DNA of 47,838 nucleotides from Dimargaris cristalligena (GCA_003614675.1 ML002285.1:1-47838), one strand, 5' to 3'; positions 32,401 to 45,800 are shown, counted from the stretch's first letter. Notes: generated by a model from the sequence alone, not told the origin. Numbers and translations: made by a program.

Positions 32401-35400
32401 AAGATCCCGGCCGAGACGATGGCACCAAAGACCCGCCGAGTAGTCCGCTTATTTCGCCCGTGGACTACCGATCCTCCGGCCAACGGCGGGCTGCCTCAAC
32501 GAGAGTGGAACCCATGTACAGTTGGCAGGCCCGGCCCATTGCGGGCGCCTCTACAACACCGATGGCTCCCCAACCCGACTGGAAACGCGCTCCGCTAAGT
32601 TGCCCCTCCGACCATCTTCGAGAGCAAGCTCCAGATCCAATGGGGTTCAGTGTAATCCACCGCCAATTAAATGGCCCGCGTCCGCTGACTTTACTCAGCG
32701 ACGGGCGACTCGTGGTGGGTTTAGAAGGAGGGCATGCGGCCATTCTCGGCTTAAGTGACTATCTCCAGCGGGATTCCCATGGGCATGAAAGTCTGCTGCA
32801 GTCTAATGCGTCGAAAGATGACCCCACATCCTATCCCCTTATTTCCCCGGCCTTTAATACAGCGGCCTGGCGTGTCCCCCCTGTTTTACTTCTGCCCCCT
32901 GATACCGTATCCAGTCCCTTGACGGCGTTGACGGAATGGGAAGGCCGCGTCTGGGGATCGGCCCATTTGTCTTTAACGGGCTCCTCTCCCACCTCCCCTA
33001 CTCCGGATCGCACGGGTTCGTGCTTATCGGCATCGATGTCTTCGCTGGCCTTATCCCCATTAAACCCTCCCCTACGCCTGATGTTAGGGGGTAACCGGAA
33101 TGGACAACTCCTCGTTTGGTATTTACCTAGCCAGCCCCCCCGGGCCGGATGGAAAGGCGAATCACTCTCGCGAACCTAACCCGACTCACTATTATCCCCG
33201 GGCGGCCGACGCTCGTATCCCCCTCCTCTGTCATCATCTACTCTATGTGGGGCCCCGTCCCATTCGAAGCGTCTTGCCTTTCCAATCAACTAGTCTCGTA
33301 GCCAAGCAGTTTTCGACCCCCCTACCCCCTTCGGAGGTAACTATGTTTATCGCTTACAAACTGAAATCCATCGCCCAAGAGTTATTTCCTGATTCCCTGG
33401 GGCCGTCGGATGAGGTACCTATTGGTATTATTCGGTCCACAGGCATTCTACGGTCTCGCAAATTGCAACGGACCATTAAACGGAAACTAGCGGCGCTGCA
33501 CCACCTTAAAATGCCCAAAATGCACCTTTTGGGGGGAAGCCAGAGTGACAAACATAGCCAGAGCCATAGTAATCATAACCCCCTTAACATTCAAAAAGAG
33601 CCCAGTTCAAACTCCCGCTCGGCGTCGTCCACGACAACTACCAACTCTGTATCGGGATCACCCTCGTCTAAGTTGCCTCTCCTTATGTTCCGGCGTCCGT
33701 CTGCATTGCAACACTCCCGCTCCACTCCGAGCTTGCGCAAACCAAGTGGTGGTGGGGGTGGGGGTGACGGAACTCATCATCCCCGGGCCCCTGGTTCCGG
33801 TGAAGCATCAATCCGGGGGGCTACGATCCCGCAAACCGCGCCTACTACGCCGGCGAATACCCGGGTGGTTGGAGCACTGCAGGCCGGGGCCCGAAGCTTT
33901 AGCAGTACGGGCAGTGGGGTCCGGAATCGGGCCCTTACCGGGATTCGGGGATCCCCCCCGGCTTCGTCGAACCCATTACCGAGTCTGCAGATCCCTCCCG
34001 CTCTGAAACCGCGGCATGTTTCCAACCCCGGTACCCGTATGCCACCCTCGACGCTGGCGCACCCCCACCGGTCCGTGGCGGAAACGCACGAAGCGGACGG
34101 CCGGTTTCTTGCCGCCCTGCTCCACTGTCTCGATCGTTTGACGGTGGAACATCCGGAGGTAGTCCGCCACGAACGGTTCCTGGCTGGCCTCTGGGTCCAG
34201 GCCGCCCTACTCCATCTGGAGACCTATATCCTAATCGCCACCCAAGATCAGGCACTGGCTCTGGTCTCGCTGCGGGATATGCGCGTGCTGGCGGTGACTC
34301 CCCCGCAAGCCGGGTGTAGCCCCATTGTCCAGGTCCGTTTCCACGGACCGACCAACACCCTGAACGTATCGACTATAGTTGAAACGACCACGGCGTCGGG
34401 GGCTTCGAGTGCTACCATGGCCCCAACCCCCACCTTCACCTGGACCCTACCGACCCCCTTTTTCGACCCCATATACTTTTTGATATCCCTGATTATTTCC
34501 GACGAGCACTTCAAGACCCGGTTACCCCCAGGGTTGTTACAGATTCTGGCGGCCAGCTCGTATAATAACCGGGAACCCGTGCCCCATCCCACGGACATTC
34601 CCAACGAATTACATTTTAGCATCGACACCGGTGCCCAACCCAGAATCAGGGTGAATGAGGAGGGGGCGAACTGGTTAGATATTCGACCCACCTTGTTTTC
34701 AAATGATGGTAAGTGCCGTTTTCATTTATGTATTACGTATGCCTTGAGGCTGCTATAGAGGGCCAGTACCCTATAGTCTAGCGAATTTGACTACCAGAAC
34801 AGACTGAAGGCCGCCCCACCTTATTACCCATTAGATGTACTAATTAATTGACTACCCTACTATTCGTACCAATTCCCTCAACTATAGGACACCCTCTGGC
34901 TCATCAAGTTCAAATCGACACTCGGGCAGTCCTGCAGGCCCTGGACTCGGTCAATTCCGCCACCTTCCCCAGTAGGGCTACAGGGTCTGGTGGGAAGGAT
35001 ATTCCGGAAATGGTGCTATCCCCGCCCGCCATTCCGGTACCCCGCCAATCTTCCTCTAGCAATCTGGGCTATACTAATTCCGAAGCAAGTCTATCCCAAC
35101 GCAATGGTCGGGAACCACTAACGTCAGCCAACGCGCCAGATTACCGCGCTTGTTTAGCTGTCGACACCGTACGTGCATCGCTTACTACGCTCCTACCTTG
35201 GGGGGTTGACGCCGCGCTTGATCATTCGAACCGGACGGAATTGGGCTTGACCGAGGCTGGTTGCTATCGACTGGCACCCGCTTGGATGACCACCCCTGCA
35301 GTCCAATCTAGTGAGGGTAATGGTGGTTATCTGTCCATTATGCCGTACGCCAGTGCGCCCAAGGGCTGGGCCGTATCCTCCGAATACACGGCCCAACGGG

Positions 35401-37691
35401 CCCTCAACGCCCTGGCAATGGTGCAGGCCCTACAGGCGGGACCCAACCGGGACAATATTATTATTCGCTGGATCACTCTCTTCTGTAGTCTACTGCCCGA
35501 GTGGATGGGCCCCAAATTCCAGTCGGCCAGTCTAGCCCTTGTCAGCCAATATTGGCAGGACCGGGCCTGGACTATCCAACAGGCCGCCCGCACGCTATTC
35601 AGCTCTACCTTACAACGCCTTGAGCCTGAGCAACTGGCAACCTGGTTGGCCTACTGGTCCCATTTTGTACCCGATCGACCGGGCACGGCCCTTAATGGGG
35701 ACACAGCACCCCCCGCCTGTCCCGGGACCCTGTCATCGATGATGCGGCCGCGTAGTATCCGCTCGACCATCCAGGCGGTCTTGCTCCTAGCGGCGGCCGG
35801 AGCGGAGGACCGTACCCTTCTCAGCTCCCCCCTGAGCCGACAGGTCACCCATGCCCTGCTCGGGATTCTCAAATCCGGTTCGGTTCCGAGGGACATCAAG
35901 ATGGTCGCGGTTGAGTTCATGTCACGCGGGTTCCTAACTTGGCAACCGTATGTTGATGGTACTCGATTAATCCGAGTGCTGGTTTTTTTGGCTTCCGAGA
36001 TGCCCTACCCACACGCGGACCAAAACCATACGGGATCCGACCCGGCGACTACGGATTCCCGCCGAACTTCCACGGACCCTCGCTTCAGCTTACCCTCAGG
36101 CCCAAACGGCCACCCGGTGCCGGCCCTGCCCGCTCCACTATCGACTCTCAATACCTATGGGGGGGCAACGGCTGTCTCCAATGCGAACAGTGACCTTCCA
36201 CCAGTAACCCCCAAAGGTTTGGGACCTCACCCCCCTCACCCAAATGCGTCTTCGTCGACTGTATCACCTATACCGGCACCCGTATCAGCGTCCCGTTCAC
36301 AGGGCCAAACTGGACCCGGATCGGGCGATCGCTATACAGTCGAATTGGCCGGTCTGGCTAAACGGGCCCTACTCCGAATCACGGTCATGAACCCCGGATT
36401 ACTCGTATCTGCGCTGGCCATGGATCTGCTGGTTACGAGTCAGCTTCGGGAACGGAGGTTGGCCATGCGTATCCTCGGTTTCCTGGTGCAGAATCGGGCG
36501 GCAACCCTCTATCCTTTTATGACTCGGCTCGTCGATATTGTCGTTAAGTCCCTTGATCCACGCTTCCCTGAAGTACGCAAGGGCATGGCCGGGGCAGTCA
36601 CCCAATGTTTACAGGACATGGTTCAAACGTAAGTTCGGAACTTGACCCCTTCCCCTACTGACCAAACTTAAATACTAAAAAGTACCCATGTACAGAAAGT
36701 ACGCCAAGTTGGCTGTGTCCAACTAACCTTTAGATGACTTACTAACCCCAATACTACCTACGGGTACTGTCCTAAAACTGTGTTTTTGCTAATACCATTA
36801 TTTCGAACTTGACGATTCCAATAACCGGCCTCTCCTCATAGTTTTCCATCGCTCTCGTTCCATAGCCCCGGTCAGCGGTTGGCCATCGGAACCTTGGAAG
36901 GCGCGGTGGTGGTGATGGACCTACGTACGGCTACCCCTTGTCTCGTACTCGAGGGTCATCTCAAGCCCGTTTTGGCCGTAGCGTTTTCACCCGACGGCAA
37001 ACTGATTGCTTCGTATTCGGCGGCTGAAAACCGACTGGCGGTATGGGAGACCACCACGAACCTATTCAGTATGTTGGCATCGTCCCTATTCGCGTCAGTG
37101 AAAACCCGGGGACGGTCACGAACCCACGATGCGGCCAGTCTGGGACCTCCTCCTGTGGGGGCCGTTCCTCCGGTCCCCTATCAGGCGACCGCTAATGGGG
37201 CTCGCCTGCCCTCTAATTCGACCGACGGCACGGCGGATTCTATCGCCACCCACGGTGGAGTGCTTAACAACCGGCCCACGAAACTGTTCCCGGTGGTCCC
37301 TATCGCTGATTTAGTGGAAGGTAAGTAAAGGGTCAGTCTGTGGGGGGTGACAAACTACCTTGACATGCAACTTACTGGTGGTACACGATTGTTGTGCGTA
37401 GTCACAGGCACACTGGTCGATCCTGTTTAAGGGCCGGAATAACGAATTATTCGCTAGTGCTGTTGCTTCTGTTTAAATAAGAGGTGCTTTCCGATTCCCG
37501 TCGCATGACATATCCCCTAAATAACTAACGCTGTTTAATTTATTGCTTCATTTGCTTTTTGGTTCCGATGCTACTCTGTAGGTGTCGCCCCGCAAGAACA
37601 CGATTTTATCCAACGAGCGAAACTGGACTGGAGCAGCGAACGCACTGCGCGGCTCACTCTGTGGAATCACGTCTTCAAGTTTGCCGTTTAG
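29446..37691 (+). CDS. WDR7/WDR72 (rabconnectin-3 beta)-like WD-repeat protein; exons 29446-30021, 30257-30799, 30978-34708 (frame break near 33135-33141), 34888-36628, 36842-37320, 37582-37691; about 2390 aa
   Basis: Five GT-AG introns join the ORFs in frame. N-terminal LALWNLPRADHL and a WDR7-like C-terminal region: LLPWGVDAALD, YWQDRAWTIQQAARTLF, LVDIVVKSLDP, FPSLSFH..QRLAIGTLEG..MDLRT..LEGHLKPVLAVAFSPDGKLIASYSAAENRLAVW and terminal LDWSSERTARL...FKFAV*. Confidence 0.8.
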
Positions 37692-39014
37692 ATTATTCGG
37701 TCCTTACGTCTTTTTTTTTTGCTAATTACGTCTCCAACATAATAACACAGTTTGTTTATTGACTATGAGTTAGAAGTGTGGCTATGAAGCATATGTCCCT
37801 GTATATACGGTACCCCTTTATTGGCGGCCGATAGTTCGCCCCATGGATGGATGCATAGGGCGGTTTTTGGACCGAATTGAGACCCTGGATTTGGAAGCGG
37901 GAGCGGCAAAACACCTTTCGAATGCCACTATTTTTGAAACCGGCCTTTTCCCTTGAGCCATCTGGATCGAGCCACACACCCCAAGGCGACGCGAGTTGGT
38001 CAGTCGGGAAAAATTGGACCCTGCATGGGAAACTCTGATAAAGGAGGGGCTTTAATGTTCTCGTTGTATTGGGTGTGCGTCTTAGTGCTGGTTATGACAC
38101 GGAAAGTAGTGTAGCTGCGTTTACTGTGACTAAAGGTATCCACTAATGTAGCATGGGAGTAGTACAGTACTTACATGGGGGTGCGGAATACGCCTATGCA
38201 GGAAATCCAGATGAAGGCAGGTTCCAATGCATCCCATGGTGGGCTCTCGTATTGACCTTCCCTCTCACCCCTCCTCCATCCGTAGTGTAATGAAGGCTGG
38301 TCATCCTTTTGCTTGATTCTATTATTGTACTACCCAAATCTCCCTTTTACAGCCGATTGGGGTGTAAAGCGGAATGGTACTTTGGCTACACCGAAACCCC
38401 TTTTTGAGGAAAGAACGATACCAAAATGCTCCCCACCATTCTATGGCGCAAGATGTCAGCCTGCGGATATATCCGTTTCTGAGCAGCTCTCGATTCTATA
38501 CTTTGGCGCATACCCTTTAGCTCACATTTCCGTATTCCAAAATTCTCCATAAATTGTCACTTCAGAAAACGAGGGCGAACTAGAAAGACTGGGAGAGAGG
38601 CTGTATTTTTCATACAACGTATATCCCCTTCAACAGACTTGGCAAAGGGATGCACTCAAAGTACCGCCACACGAAAATTCACCTAAATCTCAGCTACAGA
38701 CTGCACTACTTTGCATTGTGCGTTACCACACCGTGCTACCTAAAGAGCAAAACAGATGCCTACACTTCCCATTCAGTATCACTAGGCTCGATTACACAAG
38801 GTATCCGTCCGCTCACCAACTTGCCGTTTTTTTATCTTTTTGTAGCCCGATGTTTGAACGACTGGCTGATTGTACTCCGTTTAACTTGCAACTAGCCCTC
38901 TGCGCCGTATTTTCCCGCTGACTTGTGCACATTTTGAGCGGAAAATAAGTTTCAAAGGCAGCAGAAATTCCTTTGGGGGTTTTATGGTGGTGGTTTCCAA
39001 TGGCCCTACTTTAC

Positions 39015-39023
39015 TATATAAAT
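39015..39023 (+). promoter_or_regulatory. Putative TATA box of the secreted F-box-like gene
   Basis: TATATAAAT about 225 nt upstream of the ATG at 39245. Confidence 0.4.
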
Positions 39024-39244
39024 ATACGCCAAAGTCCCAATTTCTAACCTGCGAGCCCTCCTCTATTGCCTTCGACTTCTCATTGAATAACCCTTTTGCT
39101 TTAAAACCTGCCTTTTAGATTTCCACGTAATGTGTTGTTTTTGAATAGCCTTTTACATTTATAAGACCCGCCAATATTATCTTAAACCATTCGTTTCGGA
39201 AGTTCGTTTCGAACCCTTCGCAATCAACTATTCCCACCGCAATA

Positions 39245-40679
39245 ATGAAGGCGGCGTTTATCGTATGCACCTTTATCATTGCCCACGCCATGGGTGGCAA
39301 AGTTAACGAGTCCCAGGCCGCTGAAGAGAACCTGCTAAAGCCGCTAAAGGGTGGCATCGCTAAGCCGGTACGAAACCATTCGCTGCGCAAATTGCCCATT
39401 GAAATTTTGGATGTAATTGCCGATTACTCAACCCTCGACGAAGTTCGTAAACTGGACCGGGTGGTCAATCGCCCCGGTTATAAATTAGAACCGTACCAGA
39501 TAGCTAAGCGCATGCGTAAGGTAAGATAGTTTTTTTATTATTATTTTTTGGCATTAAAAATTAACCATAATATTCCGAAGGTTCGGTTAGAGTAGGACGG
39601 TAGAGCGAAAAAGACCCCGAATCTGTTAATGAAGGCAGCGCGGTAGATTTGGTATACTTGGTTTTATTCCGTTCCCCCATAATATTCTCACCCACACCTT
39701 AAACCCCCCACAAAATTGACCCCAACTCTAATACTTGCGTTTTCTATTATATTGCCCGATTGGTTATAACTCGCCCCCCTATATTCCTTAAATTGGGAAG
39801 CCTTTTACCCGCCTAGAGCTCTGGTTTGGTTCGTCACTGGGCGTGCACCCCACCAATATTGCTGACGTACTATTTTACGTCCAGAAACATTTTGAAGCGT
39901 ACCTCTTAAACCACGCGGCCACGCTCCTGGCTATGAGTGAACAGCCAAGCCGACCACATTTGGCCACCCTCGAACTGCCTTTGAAATCCCTGACCCGGGC
40001 CAATCTTATGCACACTGCCCCCCTCCTGGCCTATATTCCACAGGGAAATATCAGTGTTGTTCTCAACTATCTTGATGACTTATACGGCTTAACCTACGAG
40101 CCCATTGATTATACTCGACCTGCCACAGTGCCCCTCGCCGCCACCTATGCCGGTATTCTGGACCCCGAACAGTTCCAACCCCTCCGCAACAGATTCCCCG
40201 AAGCACTTCGGCTTTATTTAACCAATAGTTTAGTGCCTCTGCTGATCAGATTCTACATTAGCCTGGAAGACCACGCTCGGTTCCGCCGATTAATCAAATA
40301 CACGTTCGGCCGGAGCAGCGATGACCTCCAGCTGCTTAGTCAGGTGGTTTTTTGGGTCGCCCGAATGCGTCCGGAATTGGTTGGGGAGTTTCTAAGCAAC
40401 CTCGACCTTGGCGTTAACGGCCAATTGGCTAAACGCCGAGTGTATCAGTGCGCAAGAGACAGTCAACACCTAGAAGTACTTGAAGTGTTAAATCGAGTGT
40501 GGGCAGATGAAGACCGGGAATCCACTCGGGTACCCACCTGCAGAACGACTATCTTTGTCAACCCTCTGCCTCCGATGACTCCAGAGAGCAAAGAGGTGCG
40601 CATTCTTCTGCCAGAAGCGTTGGCGCAGGAACTGGCACTTGACCCCCAGACTCCAGTTTCCTTAGAAACGATCCTGTAA
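39245..40679 (+). CDS. Secreted protein with N-terminal F-box-like motif; exons 39245-39520, 39801-40679 (384 aa)
   Basis: Signal-peptide-like MKAAFIVCTFIIAHAMG and F-box-like LRKLPIEILDVIADYSTLDEVRKLDRV. The GTAAGA donor at 39521 and the first AG after the branch point (39800) join the two ORFs in frame. The C-terminal domain is Leu-rich and helical-looking with no recognised family. Confidence 0.75.
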
Positions 40680-40851
40680 ACTCGACAGATGGACACTGGT
40701 CCAGCCCCACCGCCCAACGATCTGCCCTCAAGAACGACCGCCCAATCCACCTTCACCAGGAAACTGTGGTAGATTTATGCATGGACGAGGTTCAACCAAG
40801 CTGAATATCAAAAAGTCCGTTTGATTAGGCAAATACAGTTGGTTAAATAAA

Positions 40852-40875
40852 ATTTGGATTTGGATTTGGATTTGG
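40852..40875 (+). repeat. (ATTTGG)4 tandem repeat downstream of the secreted F-box-like gene
   Basis: atttggatttggatttggatttgg, directly after taaataaa. Confidence 0.85.
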
Positions 40876-41374
40876 AAAAAAATGATGTGGGTGAAATTCG
40901 GTCCAGCTGTATAGGGTTATCAATGATATGTGTATGGGAAAATATATGGGATATTATTTTTAACCAATAATAGCTGCTCCATCCAACGGATTATTCGTTA
41001 TACAGCTCAGTTGAGCCTCTGCCATGTGCATCGGGCATTAATGTAAAAACAAAATAACTATATTTAGCTTTGGAAATGGTTCGGCGTTCGAGCCATGGTA
41101 TTTCTTAGTATTTTGGAACGCGTAGTTCTGGAAATCAGGCACTATAAAGGCAACTATTTTAGCTGGGTAATATACTAGGAAATGGTAGGTTGTTTTTTGA
41201 TTTTAAAAAAATAGTACAAATAAAACTATCAGATACATAATTTATCATTAAGACTGAACATTTATATATTGGGCGTCGCCAATTGATGACATATATTGAT
41301 TTATTGTTTTTTTTTAGTTGAGGAATGCAAGCATTTCACAACTGGTAAATAACACAATGGGTGGCTTCTGTCGA

Positions 41375-42899
41375 TCATTTGGCCTGGTTTTCAATACGGT
41401 CAACCTCCACTCGACACACGTCCTCGATACGAAGATGCCGTTTGAGCGCGTCCGTCCGAGCGAATCCCTTGGCACAGGCCTTACATTTGTAAGGTTTGGC
41501 CCCGGTGTGCACCCGAATATGCCGTTGTAAATCATGTTTCCGACTGAAGCTCCGAGGACACATGTGGCAAGCAAAAGGCCGAATACTGGCATGGCTCCGT
41601 AGATGGGATCTCAGATTATAGAGCCGGGCGAACGTTTTATCGCAACCGGGGTGGGGACACCGTCGAATTTCGCCCGTGGAGCTAGACTTCCGACCGCGTC
41701 CCGAGCGGGGCAGCGGGCCGGGGGCGTGGAAAGGACCAGGAGGAAGACCTCCGTTATGACCCATCTTGCCTCTCGGCTGGTTAGCCATGGGCCCTCCTCC
41801 ACCAGACGGGTGGCCTAAATCAATGGACGCATAGCGGGGCATGTCGCCCATCGGAAAGTGATTCATAAACGACGAGGATAACGGCATGCGTTCAAATCCG
41901 TTTGGGGTCTGGAAAGGGATTCCGTTAACATGGCCTGGATTCGGGCCCATCCCATCTCCGGGGTTAGGTATTGGCATCCCCCCCCCCTCCTGCGGTATAC
42001 ACCAGCGATGGTTGTCCGATCGTAAAATGGGTGAGATCTGGTAAGGGCATCGATACATTTTGTGGAGTGGCGAATACATTGGGGAACGACTGGTCGGGGT
42101 CTACAGGCATGGGTATAAAGGAGCCTCCGGTGCCATCGCCGTGGCCAATGTGATCACCCAGGGAAGCATACGACGGTCGCTGGGAATCTAAATCGTGGGG
42201 AACGGTCATGTAGCTCATCGCGTCGGGGGGCATGGCCGACTGGGCACCCATATTAAGATCGTTACTTAGTAGCATTGGATCGGGGTAGACCAGAGCGAAT
42301 GGGTTGGACGGAGTCGATGGGTCGGTCGAAGCGTTGGGATGGGCCGGGGCTATCGAACCTAGCCCGGCACTCTCCATGGACTGGGGCGGAGGCTGGTGCC
42401 CCCCCAACTCCCCGCCATTCGTCCAGTCGTACAGGGAAAGCGACGGAGGTGGCGACCCTAGACCGATGGCATTGCCATCGCTCGCGGTCTGGGGACCAGC
42501 GACCATGGTCATGGGATCGAACTGAGCGCCGTTGTTCAAGAGAGGAAACGAATCCATTGTTAATGAGAGGCCATTTGGGAAATCTGGTCCATCGGTTAGG
42601 GGGTTGATGGGGCCACCGACGACAGATGAGCCATTAGGCCCTAATCCCCCCCTACTGTCGGCCGTGCTGGCACTGCTATTGCTGCTACTGCCGCCCATAT
42701 CCACCAGTAGGCCGCTATTCCCGTCCCGGACGGACGTGGACAGCAGGTTATCCCCGAATTGTAGTATCGATGGTGACTGCATGTTCTGGGCGGCCATGGG
42801 TAGAAAGGATGATGGATCAGGTGGTAGAATTTGGCTGGGGTCAAGGAGAGACGAGGGAGTACCCGCCCCTGTTGGGTTGAGGGCCAGTGCACTTTCCAT
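41375..42899 (-). CDS. C2H2 zinc-finger transcription factor (Crz1-like fingers), split by a +1 frame break at the G10 run 41978-41987
   Basis: Three fingers: CPHPGCDKTFARLYNLRSHLRSH, CHMCPRSFSRKHDLQRHIRVHTGAKPY and CKACAKGFARTDALKRH. The upstream ORF 42899-41964 is an M/P/G/S-rich activation-like region that becomes continuous with the finger ORF if one G is removed. Confidence 0.8.
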
Positions 42900-45800
42900 G
42901 GATAAGGCTTAATGAAATCAGAAATGAATTTACTACGGGACGAGGGAAACCGGGCATGGGATTTGGTGTGAAGTAATGAATGCAAATGAGTGGCTTTTGT
43001 TCCAGAAATTAAAAAGTGTCAACCAGTGGGTAGTATATATACAGTTCTAACCAATATTAGTAATCAAAATACTTTGCTCGCGTTTAACCGGTCCAGCGGA
43101 AAGGCGTATCATTAATAATTCCAAAAGTACAATTCGACAAACAATACGGAGGTACTGTCAACAAAGCAATTGCTTGAGATATAAAACAAGAAGTGACAAA
43201 TGAAGAGGGAGAAAACAGTAGAAAATGCAAAGATAAGATTGGTAAATTTTAAACTGGGCATAAAGATGAACTGGATATATTCAAATAGATATGGTGATAT
43301 GGTTATTCGAAATGGGAAACATGTGTATACAGCATAATAGTGGAATGAATTAGTAAAGTGGAATTTACGGGTTTATATGGCCATATCAGACTTGGGAAAA
43401 TCAAAAAAATGTACCAATGTTTCGTCTTTAACAACACTAGATCAAAGATTCTATAGTATATTATACGTGAATAAATCTGCAGAATATCTATTTAAATGAA
43501 ACCTATTTAAGCTACAAACAATACTAATAAATTGATGGACCGACCTGGCCTCCTAAATTGAAAAAATGCTCAAAGAAATATATCGAACTCAAATCAAAGA
43601 GAATCGATCGTGAAGGTGGAATTCACTGGAAAAAGAAATAATCGCAAAATTAAAGAGGGGAATTATGTATCAATTACCTTTGTCCCGCGGCGTACCAGAA
43701 GGGATCCAAGTGTTTGGAAGAGGCGCACCTATGCATTTATATGTGTTTTGGAAACTGAGAAATAGGGTGAAACCGAGGTTTTACCCAGTAGTCTGGGACC
43801 GCGATGGCGATTGCCATTGGTTTTGGGAGGGGGACCTACTGACAATGTGACTATTCCCCTTCTCTCCAATAACAAAATGGAACCATATCGGTGGCAATAG
43901 TTTGACGAAAAGGGAGAGGGGGTTAGAAGGAGAACGTTAGAAACAAGCCACGCCAATACCGGATGTAGCAAAGGGGAAGTGTCAAAAACCGGGTTGCGCT
44001 AGACACTTCGCGCCTTCAACCCACCCACCCATGTTCCTAAGATAAAACTGGAACAGCCGGGTGACTCTGACTGCTGATGCTAAGCAGCAGGGTGGCCATT
44101 GGGAGATCAGGGAGGGTGGGTAAGTAGTAAACCGAGTGACTAGTCCAATCCGAAACCGGCCATTATTTTCTGGAGTGTGAGAAACATTATCATCTGGAGT
44201 GGGAAGAGGGAAGATCCAGCCAACCTTCCGTTTGGGTGTACCAAACGGTCGGAAATAAATTGAGCCATCCTTCTATCCCAAGATACTATAGCCCTCAAGT
44301 ACATACCAGCATGGGTAGTAAGAGCCTGTAAGGGAATGATCTTAAACAACCCCACCCCCATTTTTGGTTCTTGATTTGTAGAAAAATAAAACGGAGTGCG
44401 GCCGCGATGTCGAAGAGGAATATCCATGGTAATTAAGGTCAACCTCGAGGCCATATTATAAACAAACTCTGCATCGTCTAAGTTAATCGGCTGCACATAG
44501 ACATGCTGTGTGCGTGGGCGCATTATTAACGATCCGGTTTAGGTGGGTAATACCGAAACATGTAATCTCTGCGACTATCTTGCACTTGGTCTAGCTTCCA
44601 AAGACCATACCAAGGGCTGTATGCCAGTCTGAGATAGCCCTATCCACTCTAGCAAGTCCAAAAAGCATTACGTTTCTAAGCTTTCTGATGCCTGGAAACA
44701 TAGCTGCGAATATTGGCTGGGCCAGGTGTGGGGAGTTGAATGTACACGATGATAAGGGAATGGAGGGGGGAAGACTTGCGCTTTAACCATAAGCCATGGT
44801 CTAATATTCCGTCGTTTCCGTGCCCCTAACTTTATTTACGAGCTTTAACTATCTCTATTGAAATACAACCAGGAACAATGCATACAGCTTAAGTATTGAA
44901 TATGTTAAATATATTTAATATCCAATTACTAGGCACTATGTAGCCCCTCCTACAGCTTACTCAATAGACACGGCCCAATATGACCCTTACATAAGGTCCA
45001 CTAGTGACGTTGAATTTGATGAAATCGTACAATCCAATGGTTCGGCCGACGGATCACAAAGCGGGTTTCACTTTTGGAGCGGCCCGATGTATTGGCCGGT
45101 GGAAGCGAAACATTTATATCTTATGAAAAAGTACGGTTGGTATCTCCGGTGCGGCCCACGCCGAGATTGTCATAACAACCTGGCTATCACTGCTCGTCCA
45201 ATGCTTTTTCGAGTGACATTTCACATTGACCTTTGGAGATGGGATGAAGGCAATGTATAGTATACCTCTTCCACGTGTCCAATATATGCCGCTGGTGATT
45301 TATTATTGGTGGGCTAACGGAGGGTAGTAGGTATTGGTTAGCAAGAATATATAACCGGATAGCATTCTGAGTCGATAAAGGGTAGGTTATGCGATATAGA
45401 ACTAGGTTGTCTAATGATGCAGCGTAATTGTATGGAGCTTTATTTATAAAAACAATCGGCTAGGGCGATTAAGGTAAACCGATGACCCAATACAGTCCCT
45501 GGGTGCTCCAACCAGCCCCTCTAGCTCAGCCTGCTATGCCAATTACCTAACCTCTCGTTGGCAATCCAGAGCTCACTACACCCACTAATACCAAGTTGGT
45601 ACATCAACGATCGCCAGATATCGACCATAAAAATTGAATATCGGGCGGATTGGGTGATCCCTAAACCCTGGAGCCGCCGGCAACTGTAACCATCACCCCA
45701 TTCTATAGCACCAAATCCAAAATATAACTATTGGAGAGCTAATACAATACCTCCATATCTACGATGTTCATTTTGATACGCATGAATTTCCGTGATCTCC

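Noticed and set aside
44140..44523. 127-aa minus-strand ORF and other short intergenic ORFs
   Set aside because: They show no motifs, coding-like bias or splice links to neighbouring genes.
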